Assembly: GCA_041746975.1 (NCBI GenBank)
Contig: JBGTGB010000058.1
Span: forward strand, 3,855-67,854
Length of the DNA stretch: 64,000 nt
Direction: 5' to 3'
Source of the DNA: Haliea sp.
GTDB taxonomy: Bacteria; Pseudomonadota; Gammaproteobacteria; Pseudomonadales; Halieaceae
Shown piece by piece: positions 17,624 to 27,162 of the stretch (positions within the stretch are counted from its first letter, which is position 1; every line of letters begins with the position of its first letter). The translations under genes and the position numbers were made by a program. The notes beneath the pieces are model-generated. The model did no database searches and was not told the origin of the DNA. It was given only the letters and a program-made list of their open reading frames with translations.

Positions 17624-18553
17624 CTAAAAAGGCCGGGGCAATGCCCCGGCCTTTTTATTTTGTGTCCGGGCCACAACCTCAAGATAGACAATCGAACCGA
17701 CAACAATGGCGATACCCACCAGTTGTAACGCCGAAATCTGTTCGCCCAGAAAAAGCACTGCCATTATGGCCGCTGCTGGTGGGCCTACAGTACTGGCAAA
17801 TGCTGCTCGCTGTGAGCCAATGCGGCGCACACCCTCTGCCATCAGCGAAAGCGGGATTATCGTTGCAATCATTACCAGCGCGCCCAACCACGCCCACGCC
17901 TCGGCCGACAGTGCAAGATCAAGCCACCCGTGGCGGAGCTGGTAGTGCACTGCGAAAGCACCACCCGCGGCGCCCATGGCCAGAAGAGTGAAAAGCGTGC
18001 TGCCTATTTCAGGGGTCAATCGCGCACTGATCAAAAAATAAATTGCTATTGTCAGGGCGCAGAAAAAGACCCAGAGCGCACCTTCAATATTGGCGCTGAG
18101 CAACTCCGTGCTGTCAATTCCCACCACCAGGATGATACCGACAAAGGTTGTCACCAGCGCCGCCACAGTGGAACGCCTTAAGGGCTCGAAACCCAGCAGG
18201 ACAGCCAACATTACGACAATTGCGGGGTAGGTATAAAGAAGGGACCGCTCCACACTCGCATCAATGAGTGTTAGGGCATAGAAGTTCGAGAGGGCGCCGA
18301 GGTAATAGCATAGGAAGCCTGCGGCTATTGCTGTTGCCGCATGCGAAAGTTTTAAGTGAACATCGCGGCGAAAGGACCCAGACAGGAACGCGATGACCAG
18401 AAATCCTGGCACAGCCAGTACGGAACGCGCCGCCGCTACGGTCTCATAGTCAACTCCCAGGCTATATAGCTGCTTGGCAAAAATCCCCTTGGCAGCCAGC
18501 ATGATAGAGCCGACCAGAACAAACAGAGAGCCCATCCATAGGTTTCGCGTCAC
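17624..18553 (-). CDS. DMT/EamA family transporter
   Basis: Two EamA repeats, about 10 TM; KGIFAKQLY, LLYTYPAIV, RRIGSQRAA, FLGEQIS. Confidence 0.9.
   Translation of the reverse strand: MTRNLWMGSLFVLVGSIMLAAKGIFAKQLYSLGVDYETVAAARSVLAVPGFLVIAFLSGSFRRDVHLKLSHAATAIAAGFLCYYLGALSNFYALTLIDASVERSLLYTYPAIVVMLAVLLGFEPLRRSTVAALVTTFVGIILVVGIDSTELLSANIEGALWVFFCALTIAIYFLISARLTPEIGSTLFTLLAMGAAGGAFAVHYQLRHGWLDLALSAEAWAWLGALVMIATIIPLSLMAEGVRRIGSQRAAFASTVGPPAAAIMAVLFLGEQISALQLVGIAIVVGSIVYLEVVARTQNKKAGALPRPF
17626..17656. terminator. Bidirectional intrinsic terminator
   Basis: AAAAA-GGCCGGGGC-AAT-GCCCCGGCC-TTTTT between convergent genes; lies within the last codons of the DMT ORF. Confidence 0.85.
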
Positions 18554-19218
18554 TCTGCTCCAAGCTCGGCAATTACTTCATCGGTAGTCATCACTCGCGA
18601 CCATAGGCGCTGCAACATGCTCAATGTGGCCTCCTGCATATCTTCACTGTCTGTGCCGGTGCCGTCGCTTACGATGACCACGCTGTACTGGGCATCGCAG
18701 GCCTCCATCGCAGTCATCGCTACGCAGTTATTTGTCGATACTCCCACACACACAACCGATTTGATACCCATCGCCTTCAGATGCGAGTCGAGACCGGTAG
18801 ACCGGAAGGCGCCCTGGGTTGTTTTGTTAACCACCAGATCCTCCGGACTAGGTTTCAGTGCCGCCACAATCTCATGTTCGGGCTGGCCCACAATATTGTT
18901 CGTTGCCTTAACGATGCCGGCAATATGCCTTGGGACGTCACTGGCATCGGGCATATTGGATCCATAGGTTATGTAAATTACCTTGGCGCCGACGGATCTG
19001 ACGCAGTCAGCAAGCCTCGAAATGTTCGGAATCAACACCTGTTCGATACGATCAAATCGATAGTTCGCGTCCTCAAGTGTTCCTTGCTCAGCCAGTATCC
19101 TTCCCAGCCCCATCAGACGGTTGCCGGTAGCGTTCTGCATATCGATTATCAGCAGGGCTGTATCTGCCGCGCTTAGTGAGACGGATTGGCTGAACGAGTC
19201 GACAAAAGTGGGGCGCAT
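18550..19218 (-). CDS. Isochorismatase-family cysteine hydrolase
   Basis: Asp (LLIIDMQN), Lys (VVNKTTQGAF), Cys (GVSTNNCV) triad. Confidence 0.9.
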   Translation of the reverse strand: MRPTFVDSFSQSVSLSAADTALLIIDMQNATGNRLMGLGRILAEQGTLEDANYRFDRIEQVLIPNISRLADCVRSVGAKVIYITYGSNMPDASDVPRHIAGIVKATNNIVGQPEHEIVAALKPSPEDLVVNKTTQGAFRSTGLDSHLKAMGIKSVVCVGVSTNNCVAMTAMEACDAQYSVVIVSDGTGTDSEDMQEATLSMLQRLWSRVMTTDEVIAELGAE

Positions 19219-19270
19219 GTGGAGTATTCCTTGGCCTGGATAGCATTAAAATAAGCGCTAATAAACTTGA

Positions 19271-19284
19271 AATGTTCGGACATT
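19271..19284. promoter_or_regulatory. Operator palindrome AATGTTCGGACATT
   Basis: 12/14 identical to the 14935 site; between the divergent isochorismatase genes. Confidence 0.7.
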
Positions 19285-19339
19285 TTAGATCAAATAGGAG
19301 TTCACGTCATCAACATCATTGTTCCCGGGACTACTGGAT

Positions 19340-19972
19340 ATGGATGAATTTGAAAAAGCAGGCTATGGGCAAAAGCCTATTGGTTATGGTGATCGCCCGG
19401 CTGTATTGATAGTCGATTTTCAAAAAGGTTTTACTGACGCGTCGTACCCGCTGGGCAGGTCCTCACATGTGCAGCGGGCCGTGGACAACACCGCAGTCCT
19501 GGTGGCGGAAGCCCGCCAGCGCGGGATTCCAGTCGCATCCTGCAATGTTGCCTGGCAAAGCGCTGCTGACATGGCCTACTGGAAAATAGCGTCGCTATAT
19601 GACGGCACGTTCTTTCACGGGCATCCTTGCACAGAGTTCGATCCGAGAATTTCCGACCCCGATTACATTTTTCAATTTACCAAAACCGCCCCTTCGATTT
19701 TCTTCCAGACCCCAGTGGTGACATGGCTGACAAAGCACTGCATCGACACCACCATTATCACCGGGTGCACTACATCCGGATGTGTGCGTGCGTCTATCGT
19801 GGACTCTTTCTCCTATGGCTTTCGGACCATCGTTCCTGAAGATTGCTGCGGCGACCAGAACGAAGATGCGCATCGGAGCAACCTGCGAGACGTAGGTCGA
19901 CGCTATGCCGATGTCACTACGCTGGCTGATGTCATTGCTCACTTTGAAACACATTTTCCCAAGGCCAACTGA
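19340..19972 (+). CDS. Isochorismatase-family hydrolase (N-carbamoylsarcosine amidase / maleamate amidohydrolase-like)
   Basis: GYGDRPAVLIVDFQKGFTD, FTKTAPSIFF, GCTTSGCVRAS, DVGRRYADV. Confidence 0.9.
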   Translation: MDEFEKAGYGQKPIGYGDRPAVLIVDFQKGFTDASYPLGRSSHVQRAVDNTAVLVAEARQRGIPVASCNVAWQSAADMAYWKIASLYDGTFFHGHPCTEFDPRISDPDYIFQFTKTAPSIFFQTPVVTWLTKHCIDTTIITGCTTSGCVRASIVDSFSYGFRTIVPEDCCGDQNEDAHRSNLRDVGRRYADVTTLADVIAHFETHFPKAN

Positions 19973-19981
19973 GGATCCACG

Positions 19982-20785
19982 ATGCCAACTGCAACAATTA
20001 ACAACCACACCATGTATTACGAAGTCCATGGCGATGGCCCGCCCGCAGTCTACATCGGGGGTTGGGACACCTTCTGTCACGGCCGGGAGCATTTTCTCGC
20101 GCGCGGCATGACCGACAAGTATTCAGTGCTTTTGGTGGACTATCGTGGCATCGGTGAATCTGATGACGATTTGAGCGTTGCTCCAACCACAGAATTACAT
20201 GCCGACGATATCATCGGCCTGCTGGACCACCTCGGTATGACCAGTGTTTATTTTGTCGGCCTCGTCGGTATCGGTGCCTGTATCGGTCAATGGGTAGCTT
20301 TAAAGCGACCGGATCTGGTGCGCTGTATGGTGAACATGGGTTGCTGGACGTACTCCGACGATTGCATGCGCGATCAGCTCAACGCGTTGGGGGTCATGCA
20401 TGAGAAAGCCGGCTTCCTTGCGTTTCAGGAACTCGTTGCGGTGTATTCATTCCGGCCCGACTATTATATTGCCAACCGACACAAGTTATTGGGCAGCGGG
20501 CGCGTATGGGGAGTGCTTGAGAATAGGTTGACCGCTCATTTACGATTCATTGAGGCCTGTAACAGTCACGACATAAGGCCTCACCTGAAGGATATCGGTG
20601 CCCCGACGCTGGTTATTCATGCGGGGCAGGACGTCATCACTGGGCCTCGCACCACGACCCCTCTGGAAGAAGGTCTGCCCAATGCGGTGGGAGTGACCAT
20701 GGGCGATGTGGCCCATGTGGTCGCGGGCAAGGACGAAAAAATCGCCTTCTGTAAAATCCTCCACGACTTTCTGGACCAGCACTAG
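19982..20785 (+). CDS. Alpha/beta hydrolase fold protein lacking the nucleophile Ser
   Basis: MYYEVHGDGP, DYRGIGESD, PTLVIHAGQD, VAH; elbow reads GLVGIG instead of GxSxG. Confidence 0.85.
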   Translation: MPTATINNHTMYYEVHGDGPPAVYIGGWDTFCHGREHFLARGMTDKYSVLLVDYRGIGESDDDLSVAPTTELHADDIIGLLDHLGMTSVYFVGLVGIGACIGQWVALKRPDLVRCMVNMGCWTYSDDCMRDQLNALGVMHEKAGFLAFQELVAVYSFRPDYYIANRHKLLGSGRVWGVLENRLTAHLRFIEACNSHDIRPHLKDIGAPTLVIHAGQDVITGPRTTTPLEEGLPNAVGVTMGDVAHVVAGKDEKIAFCKILHDFLDQH

Positions 20786-20821
20786 CTTGGGCTGACGGTA
20801 AACCGACGGGCGCACGGCATC

Positions 20822-22006
20822 CTAGATAATCCCGCGTGCCCTTAAATCGTCCAATGCCCCTCCGTGGCCGAGTTCTTCACCTAGCAGCGCATCATTGTCC
20901 TCCCCCAGTCCCCGGCCGGGGGAAATCGCGAGGCGTTCCTGGTCAAGGCGGATTGGATTTCTCAGCACCTGCAGTTCACCGTCGCGATGTGGAATGGTGG
21001 CGCGCATCTTGACCTTATCAACAAAAGGACTATCCAAAGCGGCGGGTAGATCGTAGACCGGCGCCACCGGCACGTAGGTCTGCAATTTTTCCAGCCAATT
21101 CGCTGTGTCATCCCCCTCGAATATCTGATCCAGTATCGGGGTGAGGAGATCTCTGTTTATTGCGCGATCTCGCATGTTCGCAAAGCGTGAGTCCTGAGCC
21201 AATTCAGGATGGCCAATGATATCTACCAGCAATCCCCAGAACTTTTCGGTCATGCACATGACGAATATCCAGCCATCCGCTGTCTTGACCAACTGCACCG
21301 GAGTTTGTGATGGGTGCGAACTGCGCGGCAGGCGTTCAGTGAGAATACCGTGGTTCATATACCAGGTTCCGGGGTAGCTTAACTGGTGTAGTGCCACATC
21401 GAACAAGCTTATATCGACGTCACGCCCGCCCTGGCTAGCCCGTCCTATCAACGCCGCCAGACATCCCATTCCCGCAACAGTGCCGGTCATGAAATCAATC
21501 ATTGACAGCCCAAATCGTGTTGGTGGTGAATCCGGGTCACCCGTAAGCTCGAGAAAACCGCATTCGGACTGCATGAGATAGTCATATCCGGGCCAGTCTG
21601 CGCGATCATTGTCTCTTCCGTAGGCCGAGATATGGGTACAGATGATATCGTCCTTAATAGATTTCAGGCTCGCATAGTCCAGGCCAAGCTTTGCGGGCTG
21701 ATTGCCTCTGAGATTGTTCCAGACCACGTCAGCGGTCTTCACAAGCTCATGGAATAATGCAGTCCCTTCCTGACTTTTCAGGTTCAGAGTGACACTCTTT
21801 TTGTTCAGATTGAATGCCTGGAAGTAGGTACTATCGTCCTCTCCCAGCAAGACCGCACCGGTTTGACGGGCCGGGTCTCCGCCACTTTCGCGGCTTTCTA
21901 TCTTGATCACCTCTGCACCGAGATCAGCCAGATACATGGATCCATAGGGCCCGGCGCCGAATTGTTCGATTGCCAGGACGCGAATGCCCTGCAGTGGTAG
22001 GTTCAT
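20822..22006 (-). CDS. CoA-transferase family III (CaiB/BaiF), third paralog
   Basis: PLQGIRVLAIEQFGAGPYG, LADLGAEVIKIE, NLNKKSVTLNLK, PGYDYLMQ. Confidence 0.92.
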   Translation of the reverse strand: MNLPLQGIRVLAIEQFGAGPYGSMYLADLGAEVIKIESRESGGDPARQTGAVLLGEDDSTYFQAFNLNKKSVTLNLKSQEGTALFHELVKTADVVWNNLRGNQPAKLGLDYASLKSIKDDIICTHISAYGRDNDRADWPGYDYLMQSECGFLELTGDPDSPPTRFGLSMIDFMTGTVAGMGCLAALIGRASQGGRDVDISLFDVALHQLSYPGTWYMNHGILTERLPRSSHPSQTPVQLVKTADGWIFVMCMTEKFWGLLVDIIGHPELAQDSRFANMRDRAINRDLLTPILDQIFEGDDTANWLEKLQTYVPVAPVYDLPAALDSPFVDKVKMRATIPHRDGELQVLRNPIRLDQERLAISPGRGLGEDNDALLGEELGHGGALDDLRARGII

Positions 22007-22102
22007 GAGATGGTCGCTCCTTGAAAGAGACGGTTATTGGCGGTCCTGAGGCTCAATTGCCCACTCTGGCAGCAATGCTTGCATCATCCGGGCAATTATT
22101 GC

Positions 22103-22150
22103 ATTCTACAGTCATAGAAGATTAAGCGTCAAATGTCCGGTCAATTGACG
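22103..22150. promoter_or_regulatory. Back-to-back sigma70 -35 boxes flanking operator AATGTCCGGTCAAT (22132-22145)
   Basis: CGTCAA (22127-22132, TTGACG on minus) with TAGAAT (22103-22108, minus) 18 bp away; TTGACG on plus at 22145-22150. Confidence 0.65.
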
Positions 22151-22191
22151 GTTGGACTTTGGGAATGATAACTGCCAAAGAGAGGTGCAAT

Positions 22192-24249
22192 ATGTCTTAT
22201 CGCCTAGGAGTCGACGTAGGGGGAACGTTTACTGACCTCTTATTGGTTGACGAGGATTCGGGGAAAGTTTTCACCGCAAAAGTGCCCAGCACACCGGATG
22301 ATTCCTCCATTGGTGTGCTCAATGGTATCAAGCGTGTATGCGAAATCGCCAACGTCGATCCCGGCAAGATCTCGCAGGTTATGCACGGCACCACGGTTGC
22401 CACCAACACCATTCTGACCAACACCGGGGCCAAGGTGGGTCTGGTGACGACCAAGGGGTTTCGTCAGGTTCTGCAGATCGCGCGATCCTATGTGCCAGGT
22501 GGCCTGGGCGGCTGGGTCATTTACAACAAGAGCGATGCGCTTGCGCCACTGTCCTGCACAATCGAGGCGGATGAGCGAATGGGTGCAGATGGAAAGGTAG
22601 TTCGCCCCCTCAACAAGAAGGCGTTGAAGCAGTCACTGGAAAGCCTGAAAAAGGAAAATATCGAGGCACTCACAGTATGTCTCATCAACTCCTACGCAAA
22701 CGGCAGCAATGAGAAGGAAGTTGCCAAGATAGCGAAAGAGGTGTTGCCGGGAATTCCCATCTCGATCTCCTACGATGTTGTACCGGAGATGCAAGAGTAC
22801 GAGCGTGCCATAACAACCGTTGCAAACTCCTACGTGCGCCCCCGGGTCTCAAAGTATGTACAGAATCTGCAGCGCAAGCTCAGCAAGGAAATGGGCGGGG
22901 TCAAACTGCATATCCTGCGCTCCGACGGAGGCATGGCTTCAGCGAAGGTGGCCGAGTCACTACCTGTGAACCTGCTGATGAGCGGTCCTGCGGGCGGCGT
23001 TGCCGGTGCGGTCTGGGTAGCGAAGCAGGCCGGATTCAAGGACCTGCTAACCTTCGACATGGGGGGCACGTCCACCGATGTCGCGCTGGTTCAGGACGGC
23101 AAAGCGCAATTGCGTCGAGAAACCACCGTTGGTGACGTTACAGTCCGTGCATCTTCCGTGGACGTTCGAACTGTGGGTGCAGGGGGTGGCTCAATCGCTC
23201 ACGTGCCGGAGCTGACCGGCGCGCTTCGTGTCGGGCCAGAAAGTGCTGGCGCTGAACCGGGTCCTGCTGCCTATAACAAGGGCGGTACCCTGCCAACGGT
23301 GACCGATGCGAACGTAGTACTGGGTTACCTGCCAACAGAGGTGCGGCTTGGGGGTGACATGGAGATTCGCAAGGATCTCGCCGAGGACGCGATTCGGCCC
23401 ATTGCCAAGGCTCTGGGAATTTCCATCAAGCGTGCCGCCGCCGGCATCGTCGATATCGTCAATGAAAATATGTATGGCGCCCTGCGTCTGGTTTCGGTTG
23501 AGCAGGGCTATGACCCCCGCGAATTCGCTCTTATTGGCTTTGGTGGCGCGGGTCCCCTGCATGCCAACGCACTCGGGAAACTGATGAATAGCTGGCCGGT
23601 TATTGTCCCGCCAGGCCCGGGTGTATTGTGTGCGTATGGAGACGCCACGACACGGGTGCGCGATGAAGCTTCCCGCACCTTCATTCGTCGATTCAGTCAG
23701 ACAACCGCCGCTCAGGTAGCTCAGATGTTCGAGAAGCTGGCAGCGCAAGCGGAAAAAACGATCGAGAAGGAAGGAGTGCCGGAAAACGAGCGCAGCCTTA
23801 CCTACCAGGCAGATATTCGTTACCACGGACAGGGGCTGCTATTGACTGTAGACTTTGAATTGGATGCACTACGGTCACAAGGTCTGGACGTCATCGGTGA
23901 CCAGTTTGAAGAGATGCACAAGCAGCTGTTCACCTTCGCTCTTGAGAGCGACAAGGAAATTGTGAACCTGCGCGCGGTTGCGCAGGGGCGCTCCGCAGAT
24001 ATTGAACCTCAAAAGGTGGCTCAGGGGTCCCGCACACCGAACAAGGCGTCCATTATCGGTAAGTCCAGTGTTTACATGGACCACAAGGATCTGCAGGCCA
24101 CTCTGTACAAACGGTCAGAGCTGCGCGCTGGTAACGAAATCCCCGGGCCAGCTGTCTTGTTGGAAATGGATTCGACCACAGTTATTTTGCCAGGGCATAT
24201 CGGCAAGGTAGATACTTTCGGAAATATTCTGATTACGCCACAAGCGTAA
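22192..24249 (+). CDS. Hydantoinase A / 5-oxoprolinase family, ATP-binding subunit
   Basis: GVDVGGTFTD, HGTTVATN, SGPAGGVAG, DMGGTSTD, VGAGGGSIA, FGGAGPLHA. Confidence 0.95.
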   Translation: MSYRLGVDVGGTFTDLLLVDEDSGKVFTAKVPSTPDDSSIGVLNGIKRVCEIANVDPGKISQVMHGTTVATNTILTNTGAKVGLVTTKGFRQVLQIARSYVPGGLGGWVIYNKSDALAPLSCTIEADERMGADGKVVRPLNKKALKQSLESLKKENIEALTVCLINSYANGSNEKEVAKIAKEVLPGIPISISYDVVPEMQEYERAITTVANSYVRPRVSKYVQNLQRKLSKEMGGVKLHILRSDGGMASAKVAESLPVNLLMSGPAGGVAGAVWVAKQAGFKDLLTFDMGGTSTDVALVQDGKAQLRRETTVGDVTVRASSVDVRTVGAGGGSIAHVPELTGALRVGPESAGAEPGPAAYNKGGTLPTVTDANVVLGYLPTEVRLGGDMEIRKDLAEDAIRPIAKALGISIKRAAAGIVDIVNENMYGALRLVSVEQGYDPREFALIGFGGAGPLHANALGKLMNSWPVIVPPGPGVLCAYGDATTRVRDEASRTFIRRFSQTTAAQVAQMFEKLAAQAEKTIEKEGVPENERSLTYQADIRYHGQGLLLTVDFELDALRSQGLDVIGDQFEEMHKQLFTFALESDKEIVNLRAVAQGRSADIEPQKVAQGSRTPNKASIIGKSSVYMDHKDLQATLYKRSELRAGNEIPGPAVLLEMDSTTVILPGHIGKVDTFGNILITPQA

Positions 24250-24268
24250 CTGACGAGGAGCAGAGCAC

Positions 24269-26233
24269 ATGCCAGCAACCATCGTTGAGACCAATACTAC
24301 CAAGTTCAAGCATAAGGACATCGATCCCATTACGCTCGACATCATCGAAAATGCGATGATGAACGCGAGATACGAGATGGATACGGTGCTGTTCAGAACC
24401 GCCATGTCTCCTGGTATACGGGAGCAGCATGACGAATTTCCCATGATTGCGAACCGCGACGGCAAGATGGTCGTCGGCCAGTTCGGAAGCTTCATCCATG
24501 GTTTCAAAGAGGCTTACGACGGCACCATAGAGGAGGGTGATCTTTTCCTGACTACAGACCCCTACTCCTGCAACGGCGCCATCAGTCACGTAAACGATTG
24601 GTTGCTGCTGCGGCCGATCTTCAAGAACGGGCGCCTGATTGCCTATGCGGCGATGTTTGGTCATATGACCGACGTCGGTGGCAAGGTGCCTGGAAGCTTG
24701 CCGACCGATGCCCGTGAGATTTTTGAGGAGGGTATTCGCATACCGCCTACCAAGATATTCAGGAACGATGAATTGCAGGAAGACCTGCTCAACCTGATAT
24801 TGCACAACTGCCGCTTGCCTCACTGGAACCGAAGCGACTTCAATGCACTAGTCGCGGCTATCAGGACGGCGGAAAAGCGGGTAATCGAAATTGCCAATCG
24901 GTTCGGAGATGACCATTTCTACTCTGCCCTGGACGAATTGCTTGAACGCAACAAGCTGGCCATGTCGAAGCTCATCAAAAGAACTGTGTCCACCAAGAAG
25001 ATGGTCTTTGAGGACTACATCTGTGACGACGGCCTGGGTATGGGGCCGTATAAGATCAAGTGTGCAATGTGGCGTGAGGGTGACAAGGTCATTTTCGACT
25101 TTGCAGGTACCGATCCGCAGTCGATCAGCTCTATCAACTTCCTGCTGAACGAAGAAATGTTCAAAATGTTTTGCGGTGTGTACATGATCATGATTTTTGA
25201 TCCGCAAATCATGTTCAACGATGGCTTCTATGACCTAATGGAGGTCAGAATTCCTTTCGGCACGCTGCTGAAACCGAAGCAGCCCGCGGCACTTTCATGT
25301 CGCACTCACGCCCTGGGCCGTATTTTTGACGTGCTCGCCGGACTTCTCGGTCAGGGCAGCCCAGACCTTCTTGCAGGAGCCGGCTTCTCCGATAGTCCGC
25401 ACTTCATGTATTCGGGCTACGACAAGAATGGCGACTGGTACCAGCTCTACTCAATCGGCTTTGGGGGCATACCCGGCAAGCCGACAGGGGACGGCCCCGA
25501 CGGACATTCGCTTTGGCCCAGTTTTACCAACGTCCCCAATGAGTTTCTGGAGAGTTACTTCCCGTTACGCATAGAACTCTATGAGACCATACCTGATAGT
25601 GGAGGCCCAGGACTGCATCGAGGCGGCAACGGGTTGCGTATGGCATACTGCTTCCTCGAGCCCGGCACAATTTCAGTGCACGATGATCGCTGGCTGACCT
25701 ATCCCTGGGGTGTGAATGGCGGTCTTCCGGGCCGTAGGTCCGAGAAACTATTGCACCGAACAGACGGCACCATAGAAAAACTTCCTTCCAAATGCGATCT
25801 GATCGAAGTGAACGCCGGTGATATTCTGCACTTCAATACCTGGGGTGGCGGTGGCTGTGGCGATCCGTTCAAGCGCCCTGCCGAGCGCGTTGCATTTGAC
25901 GTCAAGGCCGGTCTGGTTACGCGCAAGGGAGCGGAGCGTTACGGCGTTGTCCTTGAGGATGATTTGTCCGTTAACGAAAAGAAAACTGCCAGTTTGCGGG
26001 AAAAATTGTCCAAAGCTCGAGGCAAGCCCCCTGTCTTTGATCGTGGAGGCACCATCGACGAACTCAAGGCCCGCTGCTTTAAGGAGACCGGGCTGCAGCC
26101 ACCGCGTCAGCCGGAGTTTCAAACCTGGGCCACCAAGCTGGTTGATCTGGCACCCAAGAAGGCCAAGAAAGCCAAGCAGGCGAAAGCCGTCACAGGCAAG
26201 TCGGCCGCGAAGCGCAAAAATAAAGTAGCGTGA
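24269..26233 (+). CDS. Hydantoinase B / 5-oxoprolinase family subunit
   Basis: DPITLDIIEN, TAMSPGIRE, GHMTDVGGKVPGS, EEGIRIPP, DSGGPGLHRGGNG, TWGGGGCGDP; Lys/Ala-rich C-terminal tail. Confidence 0.95.
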   Translation: MPATIVETNTTKFKHKDIDPITLDIIENAMMNARYEMDTVLFRTAMSPGIREQHDEFPMIANRDGKMVVGQFGSFIHGFKEAYDGTIEEGDLFLTTDPYSCNGAISHVNDWLLLRPIFKNGRLIAYAAMFGHMTDVGGKVPGSLPTDAREIFEEGIRIPPTKIFRNDELQEDLLNLILHNCRLPHWNRSDFNALVAAIRTAEKRVIEIANRFGDDHFYSALDELLERNKLAMSKLIKRTVSTKKMVFEDYICDDGLGMGPYKIKCAMWREGDKVIFDFAGTDPQSISSINFLLNEEMFKMFCGVYMIMIFDPQIMFNDGFYDLMEVRIPFGTLLKPKQPAALSCRTHALGRIFDVLAGLLGQGSPDLLAGAGFSDSPHFMYSGYDKNGDWYQLYSIGFGGIPGKPTGDGPDGHSLWPSFTNVPNEFLESYFPLRIELYETIPDSGGPGLHRGGNGLRMAYCFLEPGTISVHDDRWLTYPWGVNGGLPGRRSEKLLHRTDGTIEKLPSKCDLIEVNAGDILHFNTWGGGGCGDPFKRPAERVAFDVKAGLVTRKGAERYGVVLEDDLSVNEKKTASLREKLSKARGKPPVFDRGGTIDELKARCFKETGLQPPRQPEFQTWATKLVDLAPKKAKKAKQAKAVTGKSAAKRKNKVA

Positions 26234-26250
26234 TACGGCAGTACTGAGGT

Positions 26251-26277
26251 GGGGCGCCTGTTGGCGCCCCTTTTTTT
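26251..26277 (+). terminator. Intrinsic terminator
   Basis: GGGGCGCC-TGTT-GGCGCCCC followed by T7. Confidence 0.85.
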
Positions 26278-27160
26278 ATTGCGGGAATTTCCTGGCTAGC
26301 GCGAGAATACGCTGAGCCTTGTATACCACCGGGTAATCAATGAAATAGCCATCAAGTTGAATGGATACAGAGCCACTGTTTTCAGCCGCCTCAAACGCCG
26401 CGACAATAGCTTCCGCGTGCGCAATCTCCTCAGCACTCGGGGTAAATACTTCATTACAGAGTGGCACCTGACTGGGGTGAATGCAAAGCTTGCCAGCGAA
26501 GCCGAATCTTTTGCCGCGAGCAGCCGAGGCGCGGAATCTTTCATCATCCCTTATTTGCAATACGACGGTGTCAATAGGTGGATCAATATTCGCCATTCGA
26601 GTGGCATGGCTAATGCGCGCTCTAGCGTAGTTCAGTACCTCTTCGTCTTCGCTCCAGATGTAGTCCAGGTCCAGGGTATAATCACCGCCGCCAAAAGACA
26701 GGCGTTTTACTCTGGAAACGGCACTGGCGATCTCAGTCGCGCACTCTACACCGCGAGCAGTCTCGATAATTGGCATCAGGTCAATGCCGCCGGGTGCCAT
26801 CCCGGCTTTACGCTCAGCAGTACTGATAAGCTCGTCAATTGCCAGCAGGCTAGCTGCGGATTCCACTTTGGGAATAACGATGCCATCAAGCCACGGCCCG
26901 ACCACCGCCCTTATGTCTTCCTCGCAGTACCCGGTTTCCAGAGAATTCACGCGGATGTAGCCCAGACAGCTCCGCGGGTTCTGCATCGCTGCTGTGACAC
27001 CGGCGCGAGTGGCAACTTTTTCGGCTACCGGGACCGCGTCTTCAAGGTCAAGTATGACGGCATCGGCCGAGGCGCCAAAGACCTTTTCGACTTTTCGCGG
27101 GTGGTTGCCGGGCGTGAACAAAAAGCTTCTGATTGTTCTGATGTCAGCAGCTGTATTCAT
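26276..27160 (-). CDS. CitE-like acyl-CoA lyase (HpcH/HpaI aldolase-citrate lyase family)
   Basis: RSFLFTPGN, ADAVILDLEDAV, IPKVES, IETARG, FGGGDY, GKLCIHPSQ, IDYPVV. Confidence 0.93.
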   Translation of the reverse strand: MNTAADIRTIRSFLFTPGNHPRKVEKVFGASADAVILDLEDAVPVAEKVATRAGVTAAMQNPRSCLGYIRVNSLETGYCEEDIRAVVGPWLDGIVIPKVESAASLLAIDELISTAERKAGMAPGGIDLMPIIETARGVECATEIASAVSRVKRLSFGGGDYTLDLDYIWSEDEEVLNYARARISHATRMANIDPPIDTVVLQIRDDERFRASAARGKRFGFAGKLCIHPSQVPLCNEVFTPSAEEIAHAEAIVAAFEAAENSGSVSIQLDGYFIDYPVVYKAQRILALARKFPQ

Positions 27161-27162
27161 GC

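Noticed and set aside
17624-17660. DMT ORF running through the terminator hairpin as a sign of frameshift or pseudogene
   Set aside because: Both EamA repeats are complete; the short tail simply overlaps a bidirectional terminator
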